From positions 3,932-67,931 of the forward strand of contig CAMDDJ010000004.1 in the NCBI GenBank assembly GCA_945891385.1: 64,000 bases of DNA, in the 5' to 3' direction. Positions 55,526 through 64,000 of the stretch are shown piece by piece. The notes under the pieces were generated by a model, which worked only from the letters and a program-made list of their open reading frames with translations, did no database searches and was not told the origin of the DNA. This DNA is from Candidatus Kuenenia stuttgartensis (GTDB lineage: Bacteria; Planctomycetota; Planctomycetia; Pirellulales; UBA1268). A program made the position numbers and the translations under genes. Each line of letters starts with the position of its first letter. Position 1 is the first letter of the stretch.

Positions 55526-55736
55526 CAGACGTGCCGGCGGCGTCGGATCGCCGGGCAGATGCCCGGGGTGGTCGCGTCGCACGGAGCCGGAGCGAAAACC
55601 CCGCCCGGGGTGGATCCGGGTCCTGATTTGGATTCGCCCGCGAACGTTGAGTCTCGAGAGTCGAGGCTCAGGGTTGAGTTTGAATCGTCGTCGGCCAACG
55701 ATCGGAGAGCAGCAGCCACCACAACCAACACCACGC

Positions 55737-55818
55737 GGGGAGTTACCCAAGCGGTCAACGGGGTCAGACTGTAAATCTGATGGCTTTGCCTTCGCAGGTT
55801 CGAATCCTGCACTCCCCA
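55737..55818 (+). tRNA. tRNA-Tyr(GTA)
   Basis: GGGGAGT...TCAGACTGTAAATCTGA...long variable arm...GGTTCGAATCC...ACTCCCC-A. The anticodon loop is CT-GTA-AA. Confidence 0.9.
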
Positions 55819-55923
55819 TTGTTCGGCTCGTGCGGCACTGCCTCGTCCGCCGGGCCGGCGTCAGGCGGCGGCCGATGCCGCCGAATACGCCGCCCGTACG
55901 ACTCCAGGCACCCGCGGGTGTAG

Positions 55924-55994
55924 CTCAATGGTAGAGCCATAGCCTTCCAAGCTAAAGACGAGGGTTCGATTCCCTTCACCCGCTTTTCGATCAT
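55924..55994 (+). tRNA. tRNA-Gly(TCC)
   Basis: GCGGGTG-TA-GCTCAATGGTAGAGC...CTTCCAA...GGGTTCGATTCCC..CACCCGC-T. The anticodon is TCC. Confidence 0.9.
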
Positions 55995-56060
55995 TTACTT
56001 CCCGATCACTCACCGCTCACAGTCTGCATTTCTTCCCATGAGATCAACTTTCACCAAGCC

Positions 56061-56133
<73 letters not shown>

Positions 56134-56233
56134 CTTCCCGGGCCGCCGCGTCAGGCAAAGGCTGGCGGTCGAGAAGGTTTGCCGACAGTTCCAGGGTTCG
56201 TTTTTTACTTCCGAGGAGTTACTAGGAGACAGC

Positions 56234-57433
<1,200 letters not shown>

Positions 57434-57434
57434 T

Positions 57435-57544
57435 GTAGTCCGGGGGCCCGCCCCGGAGTGGCTGAGTCCGGGCACCCGTCCCGGAGTGGTTGAGTCCGGG
57501 GACCCGCCCCGGATGGGTTGAGTCCGGGGCCTTCCCGGGAGCAG
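57435..57544 (+). repeat. tandem array of ~4 x 28-nt hairpin units immediately 3' of tuf
   Basis: Units start at 57435, 57464, 57492 and 57520: GAGTCCGGGG(A/C)CCCG(C/T)CCCGGA(G)TGG(C/T)T. Each contains the inverted repeat TCCGGGG/CCCCGGA. A further 9-bp hairpin GCCGGGGCC...GGCCCCGGC lies at 57558-57588. Confidence 0.85.
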
Positions 57545-57594
57545 ACAAGAAACGAGAGCCGGGGCCTCGGGAAATCCGGGGCCCCGGCAATCAC

Positions 57595-57667
57595 AGGGGC
57601 GTAGCTCAACTGGCAGAGCGCTGGTCTCCAAAACCAGAGGTTGCGAGTTCGATCCCCGCCGCCCCTG
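57595..57667 (+). tRNA. tRNA-Trp(CCA)
   Basis: AGGGGCG-TA-GCTCAACTGGCAGAGC-G-CTGGT-CTCCAAA-ACCAG-AGGTT-GCGAGTTCGATCCCCGC-CGCCCCT-G. The anticodon is CCA, and the T-stem has one A-C mismatch. Confidence 0.85.
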
Positions 57668-57757
57668 CCTCATCCTCCGCATGGCGTCGCTCCGGACGCC
57701 ATGCGGCCCGTCGGGCGACGGGAAGCGGATCCTCCGGGGTGGGACGATGACCATCCA

Positions 57758-58249
57758 ATGGCTGCCATGCAGAACAACCAAGCCGGTGCTGGAACGCTGT
57801 GGGGCGATGTCCTCAGTTTTTCGCTGTACAAGTGGAACCAGGGACGGGTCACGCGGCAGGCGACCTTTGCGGCGCTTGGCCTGATCGTCGGGCTCGGTGC
57901 CTGGCGGTTGGCTCAGATTCTGGCTGGCTTCTACGCGGGCGAGGCAGGCGGTCCCGATCTCGGTGTGATGCGGTTCTTGGTTCCCGGGATTCTCCTGGCG
58001 GCGGGGCTCTGGCTCTGTTTTCGGGCCGTCAACGTGCCGCGATTTGCCGATTTTTTGATCGCCGTCGAGGCCGAAATGGCCAAAGTCTCGTGGCCTACGG
58101 GCCAGGAGGTGTTTCGGAGTTCGGCGGTGGTAATCTTCTTGATCTTCGCCCTCGCGGCGCTGCTAGCGGCGTTCGACCTGTTCTGGTGGTTCCTGCTGCA
58201 CCCGTGGGAACTGTTCGACCTGTTCGATCGTGGCACTGGAACCCGATAG
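57758..58249 (+). CDS. secE: preprotein translocase subunit SecE (long, multi-TM form)
   Basis: Start at MAAMQNNQ. The C-terminal part FADFLIAVEAEMAKVSWPTGQEVFRSSAVVIFLIF is the conserved SecE core. It sits in the canonical position between tRNA-Trp and nusG. Confidence 0.85.
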   Translation: MAAMQNNQAGAGTLWGDVLSFSLYKWNQGRVTRQATFAALGLIVGLGAWRLAQILAGFYAGEAGGPDLGVMRFLVPGILLAAGLWLCFRAVNVPRFADFLIAVEAEMAKVSWPTGQEVFRSSAVVIFLIFALAALLAAFDLFWWFLLHPWELFDLFDRGTGTR

Positions 58250-58332
58250 GAACGGTCATCAGAGGATCGATTCAGGCAGGGTAGATTCGAGATGGCCGCT
58301 CTGGCGGTCGCGACCAGCGGGCACCAAAAGAA

Positions 58333-59118
58333 ATGACTTCAGATCCACTCGAGCATGACGACACATCCGCTGCCCCCGCCGAGGCGGCTTTGTCCGGCTC
58401 CGCGCCTGGCGAGGGACCGGATGATGTCGCTGCGACCACCACGACCGGCCTGCCCGAGGAAGCCGGTGCCGACCTAGACGACGACGATGACGATGGTCCC
58501 GTCGAGATCGCCGATCCGTTCGAGGGAGGCGAGAACGCCCGCCCCGTTGAGGAGATGGTCGACGAGGACTCTGCTGCGCCCGTCGGCGACATGCAGTGGT
58601 ACATCCTCAAGGTTCAGAGCAACCGCGAGGATTCGATCAGCGAAGCGCTGCAGCGGCGGATCATGCTGCAAGGGATGGAAAAGTGGTTCGGTGAGGTGGT
58701 CGTCCCCAAGGAGCAGGTCACCGATTTCAAGGGGGGCAAAAAGCGGGTGGTGTCTCGCAAGCTCTACCCAGGCTACATCCTTGTGCAAATGGTCCTGAGC
58801 GACGAAACCTGGTATCTGGTCCGTGAGACCGGCGGAATCGGCGATTTTACGGGTTCCGCCGGCCGGCCGAGCCCGATGCTGCCCCAGGATGTCGCCAAAC
58901 TCCTTCACAAAGAAGAGGAGCAGGCCACCGAGGCTCCCCGTCTGAAGATCAACTTCAAGAAGGGGGATCGCGTGAAGATCAACGAGGGCACGTTTGAGAA
59001 TTTCGAGGGCGAGGTCGAGCAGATCGACGAGGCGAACGGTCGGGTGACCGTCATGCTGAGCATCTTCGGTCGCTCAACCCCCGTCGACATCGAGTATTGG
59101 CAAATCGAGTCGGTCTGA
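58333..59118 (+). CDS. nusG: transcription termination/antitermination factor NusG with acidic N-terminal extension
   Basis: 261 aa. The NGN domain starts at [14 protein letters not shown]. The KOW motif is [18 protein letters not shown]. The first ~85 aa are acidic and low-complexity ([13 protein letters not shown]). Confidence 0.95.
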   Translation: MTSDPLEHDDTSAAPAEAALSGSAPGEGPDDVAATTTTGLPEEAGADLDDDDDDGPVEIADPFEGGENARPVEEMVDEDSAAPVGDMQWYILKVQSNREDSISEALQRRIMLQGMEKWFGEVVVPKEQVTDFKGGKKRVVSRKLYPGYILVQMVLSDETWYLVRETGGIGDFTGSAGRPSPMLPQDVAKLLHKEEEQATEAPRLKINFKKGDRVKINEGTFENFEGEVEQIDEANGRVTVMLSIFGRSTPVDIEYWQIESV

Positions 59119-59152
59119 GGACCGCGGCGCACACCCAGCGAGGAATGAATTC

Positions 59153-59578
59153 ATGGCGAAGCAAGTTGTAGGTCAGGCAAAGTTTCAGGTTCCTGGTGGC
59201 CAGGCGACCCCGGCCCCTCCGGTCGGCACGTCGCTCGGCCGATTCGGTATCAACCTCGGCCAGTTCGTCCAGCAATTCAACGACAAGACCCGTGAGGCTG
59301 CCGGAATGCCGATCCCGGTCGTTGTCACGGTGTACAACGATCGGTCCTTTGAATTCATCACCAAGAGCCCCCCGGCGGCGGCCCTGCTCAAGAAGGCGGC
59401 CGGCTTGGCGAAGGGTTCGGGCGTTCCCAACAAAGACAAGGTCGGCAAGGTGACCACCGCTCAGGTGGACGAAATCGTGCGGCTCAAGGGCGCGGATCTC
59501 AACGCCCGAGACAACGATCACGCCCGGCGGATGGTCGAAGGCACCGCCCGCAGCATGGGAATCACCGTCGAAGGCTGA
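59153..59578 (+). CDS. rplK: 50S ribosomal protein L11
   Basis: 141 aa. Motifs: [20 protein letters not shown] and [11 protein letters not shown]. Confidence 0.97.
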   Translation: MAKQVVGQAKFQVPGGQATPAPPVGTSLGRFGINLGQFVQQFNDKTREAAGMPIPVVVTVYNDRSFEFITKSPPAAALLKKAAGLAKGSGVPNKDKVGKVTTAQVDEIVRLKGADLNARDNDHARRMVEGTARSMGITVEG

Positions 59579-59666
59579 TCGCCGTCCCGATCCGTACCGG
59601 CTTCTGAACCGTTTCCGTCGTTCGTCAACCATCGTTTTCTCATCCCTGTTCCCTCGAGTTTCCTTC

Positions 59667-60356
59667 ATGTCTGTCGTCGCCAAGACCAAGCGGATGCGAG
59701 CCGCCCAGGCCGTGCTCCCTAAGACCGATGCTCCGCTCCCGCTTGTGGACGCGGTCGAACTCCTGAAGAAGTTTCCCGCACCCAAGTTCGATCAGACGAT
59801 CGAAATCCACATGCGTTTGGGGATCGACCCCAAGCAGGCGGACCAGATCATCCGCGGTTCGATTGTTCTGCCCCACGGGATCGGCAAGTCGAAGCGGGTG
59901 GTCGTGTTCGCCAAAGGCAACTTGGCTGAAGACGCCCGCGCTGCCGGCGCGGAAGAGGTCGGGGCCGACGACCTTGCCAAGAAGATCAAGGAAGGCTGGA
60001 CAGACTTCGATGTCTGCATCGCCGCTCCCGACATGATGGGGCTCGTGGGGCCTCTCGGAAAGGTGCTCGGGCCTCGCGGACTGATGCCGAGTCCCCGCGC
60101 CGGCACTGTCACGGCCGAGATCAAGAAGACCGTCAGCGAATACAAGGCGGGTAAGGTCGAATTTCGTAACGATCCGACCGGCATCGTGCATGCCGTGGTT
60201 GGAAAGGCGAGCTTCGATTCGGCCAAACTAGCCGATAACGTCAAGGCGTTCGTGGATCACATCGTGGGCATGCAGCCCTCGAGCGTCCGTGGCCAATACG
60301 TCAAAAGCGTCGCGATCTGCGGAACGATGACACCGGGCGTGATGGTCGCCGTCTGA
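59667..60356 (+). CDS. rplA: 50S ribosomal protein L1
   Basis: 229 aa. Motifs: [34 protein letters not shown], and canonical position. Confidence 0.97.
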   Translation: MSVVAKTKRMRAAQAVLPKTDAPLPLVDAVELLKKFPAPKFDQTIEIHMRLGIDPKQADQIIRGSIVLPHGIGKSKRVVVFAKGNLAEDARAAGAEEVGADDLAKKIKEGWTDFDVCIAAPDMMGLVGPLGKVLGPRGLMPSPRAGTVTAEIKKTVSEYKAGKVEFRNDPTGIVHAVVGKASFDSAKLADNVKAFVDHIVGMQPSSVRGQYVKSVAICGTMTPGVMVAV

Positions 60357-60468
60357 CCAAAAACGTCGCCCCCGAAGTCGCTTCCAGCGGATGTACGCTG
60401 CACAGTCACAGTCCCACACCTACTTTTAAGTCACCTTCCCAGGATTTCATTCGAGGATTCAACTTGCC

Positions 60469-61020
60469 ATGAGCAAAGTCATCAAGGACATGCTGGTCGC
60501 CGATCTCAAGCGCCGGCTGCAGGGCGTGGGCGATGTGATTGTCGTTAGTCTCGGCACCCTCGATGCTCAGAAGACGACGGCCTTGCGTCAGACACTCCGG
60601 AAGAAGCGGATCGAACTCCAACTCGTCAAAAACAGCCTGGCACGCCGCGCGATGATCGGCACGCCGCTCGAGCCGGCCATGAGCGATGCGGCTGGCATGC
60701 TGGCTATCGCGTGGGGTGGCGAGGACGTCGTGGACCTCGCGAAGGAGCTGGACCGCCTCCAGGGAGTAAAGGACTTCGCTGGGTTCGAATGCCGCGGCGG
60801 CGCGCTCGACGGGGCCCGACTCGGTGCGGACGACGTCAAGCAGGTCGCCAAGTGGCCGACCCGTGGCGAACAACTGTCGCTGTTGTCTGGCCAAATCAGC
60901 TCGCTCGGGTCTCTGCTCTCGGGGCAGATCACCTCGGTCGGTGGTGTGCTTGCCGGCCAGGTTGCGTCGCGGGCCGAAGACCTGGAAAAGGCCGGAGGTG
61001 CCGAAGCTCTCGCGACCTGA
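60469..61020 (+). CDS. rplJ: 50S ribosomal protein L10
   Basis: 183 aa in the canonical position between rplA and rplL. Contains LRKKRIELQLVKNSLARRA. Confidence 0.9.
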   Translation: MSKVIKDMLVADLKRRLQGVGDVIVVSLGTLDAQKTTALRQTLRKKRIELQLVKNSLARRAMIGTPLEPAMSDAAGMLAIAWGGEDVVDLAKELDRLQGVKDFAGFECRGGALDGARLGADDVKQVAKWPTRGEQLSLLSGQISSLGSLLSGQITSVGGVLAGQVASRAEDLEKAGGAEALAT

Positions 61021-61204
61021 GCTCTGGAAAACAGATTTTCCCGGGAGGGTCTTCACCCGGGAAAAATTCATGGTATCACAGGGGGCTCGGCGGTGCGGGC
61101 AGGCTCGAAGCCCCCGCCCGAATACAAGCCCGAACATTTGATCACTACTCTGCGGCGGCCACCCGTGGTCTCGTCGCGCACTTGAAGGGAAAGGACCTGG
61201 AGCG

Positions 61205-61627
61205 ATGGCAACGGCTGAAGCAACTCGTGAATTCTCCGCGGACACGAAGGAGTTGGGCGACAAGATCGTCGGTCTGACACTCAAGGCCGCCAAGGAACTC
61301 TCGGACTATCTCGACGAAGTGCATGGAATCAAGCCTGCGGCGGGCGGCGCTGTGATGATGGCCGCACCTGCCGGTGGTGCTGGTGCCGGGGGCGGCGGTG
61401 AAGCTCCGGCCGAGAAGACCGAGTTCGACGTGGTTCTCGAGAACTTCGGCGACAACAAGATCGGCGTGATCAAGGTCGTGCGTGCCGCGACCGGCTTGGG
61501 CTTGAAGGAAGCCAAGGACCTGGTCGAGGGCTGCCCGGCCAAGGTGAAGGAAGGCATTTCCAAGGCCGACGCCGAGAAGCTTGCCAAGGAACTGGAAGAG
61601 GCCAAGGCGAAGGTCTCGATCAAGTAA
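61205..61627 (+). CDS. rplL: 50S ribosomal protein L7/L12
   Basis: 140 aa. It has an Ala/Gly hinge, then [25 protein letters not shown]....KEGISK..AE.L...LE.AGAKV-type C-terminal domain. Confidence 0.97.
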   Translation: MATAEATREFSADTKELGDKIVGLTLKAAKELSDYLDEVHGIKPAAGGAVMMAAPAGGAGAGGGGEAPAEKTEFDVVLENFGDNKIGVIKVVRAATGLGLKEAKDLVEGCPAKVKEGISKADAEKLAKELEEAKAKVSIK

Positions 61628-61646
61628 AAGTTCGCATAAAACCCCA

Positions 61647-61695
61647 TTCTCCGCCGGCGCGTTGGCGTGCCGGCGGAGAAATGGTATAGTTTTTG
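61647..61695 (+). terminator. rplL-rpoB intergenic hairpin (attenuator/terminator-like)
   Basis: A perfect 12-bp stem TTCTCCGCCGGC (61647-61658) / GCCGGCGGAGAA (61669-61680) with a 10-nt loop. It is followed by ATGGTATAGTTTTT. The position matches the known rplL-rpoB attenuator of other bacteria. Confidence 0.6.
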
Positions 61696-61901
61696 CTGTG
61701 AGCTTTTTGATGCTTGACCTGCCTGTCCTGGTTCGTTGTTGGCTGGGTGCTTGCTTCAGCCCCGTTTGTTGGCCATTGGTTGGGTTTCGGGGTATCCCCT
61801 TGCTCCGAATTGCTGTCGGGCCGTGCCGCCGAGTCCCGCGGAATCGATTTTGTCGCTACGCGGCCTGACGCAGTCTCTCTCTCCGAGGAGTCGTTTTCTC
61901 T

Positions 61902-64000
<2,099 letters not shown>

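Noticed and set aside
55526-55736. 211-nt spacer between tRNA-Thr and tRNA-Tyr, and 105 nt between tRNA-Tyr and tRNA-Gly, checked for an extra tRNA or ncRNA
   Set aside because: I could not fold a cloverleaf or find a conserved RNA motif. ORF 55499..55774 overlaps tRNA genes and is spurious. These are probably just transcribed spacers.
57435-57544. Regularly spaced 28-nt repeats that could be mistaken for a CRISPR array
   Set aside because: The units are directly adjacent with no unique spacers, there are only about 4 copies, and no cas genes are in the window. I treat it as a tandem hairpin repeat instead.

Overview
Visibly GC-rich, densely coding bacterial chromosome segment. It is most likely Planctomycetota, judged from a DUF1559/prepilin-type protein, a PEP-CTERM anchored enzyme, a TAT-signal Gfo/Idh/MocA oxidoreductase, and extended SecE and NusG. 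All family calls rest on motifs I recognise in the translations; no database was searched.

Layout:
- 1-7.9 kb: housekeeping and accessory genes, including a hemP-like gene with a candidate Fur box, an oxidoreductase, an SSS symporter, a photolyase, a lipoprotein and an aminotransferase.
- 8-11 kb: a decayed module made of a truncated paralog of a cNMP-domain protein, panD, and a sulfotransferase broken by a 7-nt tandem repeat.
- 11.1-17.8 kb: kdpFABC plus a kdpD that ends exactly where the histidine-kinase domain should begin. No kdpE is present.
- 17.8-28.8 kb: an island-like block of modifying enzymes only (P450, MpaB-like/cNMP protein, PLD, SDR, sulfotransferase, FkbM methyltransferase, GT1, DUF6428, TauE), ending at tRNA-Leu. 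This is my best candidate for an undescribed system, possibly sulfated/glycosylated lipid or metabolite tailoring.
- 28.9-49.9 kb: core metabolism and other genes, including metF, the translationally coupled folK-panC-lgt-CDGSH genes, an MMPL transporter, rRNA methyltransferases, an M16 peptidase pair, purU and a large HerA-like ATPase.
- 49.9-54 kb: a 1337-aa GH13 amylase with dockerin-like, PATR and PEP-CTERM modules.
- 55.4-64 kb: the conserved tRNA(Thr-Tyr-Gly-Thr)-tuf-tRNA(Trp)-secE-nusG-rplKAJL-rpoB cluster.

Non-genic structure:
- A three-copy intergenic repeat family of about 70-130 nt.
- A tandem array of 28-nt hairpins after tuf.
- An rplL-rpoB attenuator hairpin.

No CRISPR array, integrase or transposase was seen. 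Many long overlapping ORFs in the track are high-GC artefacts.
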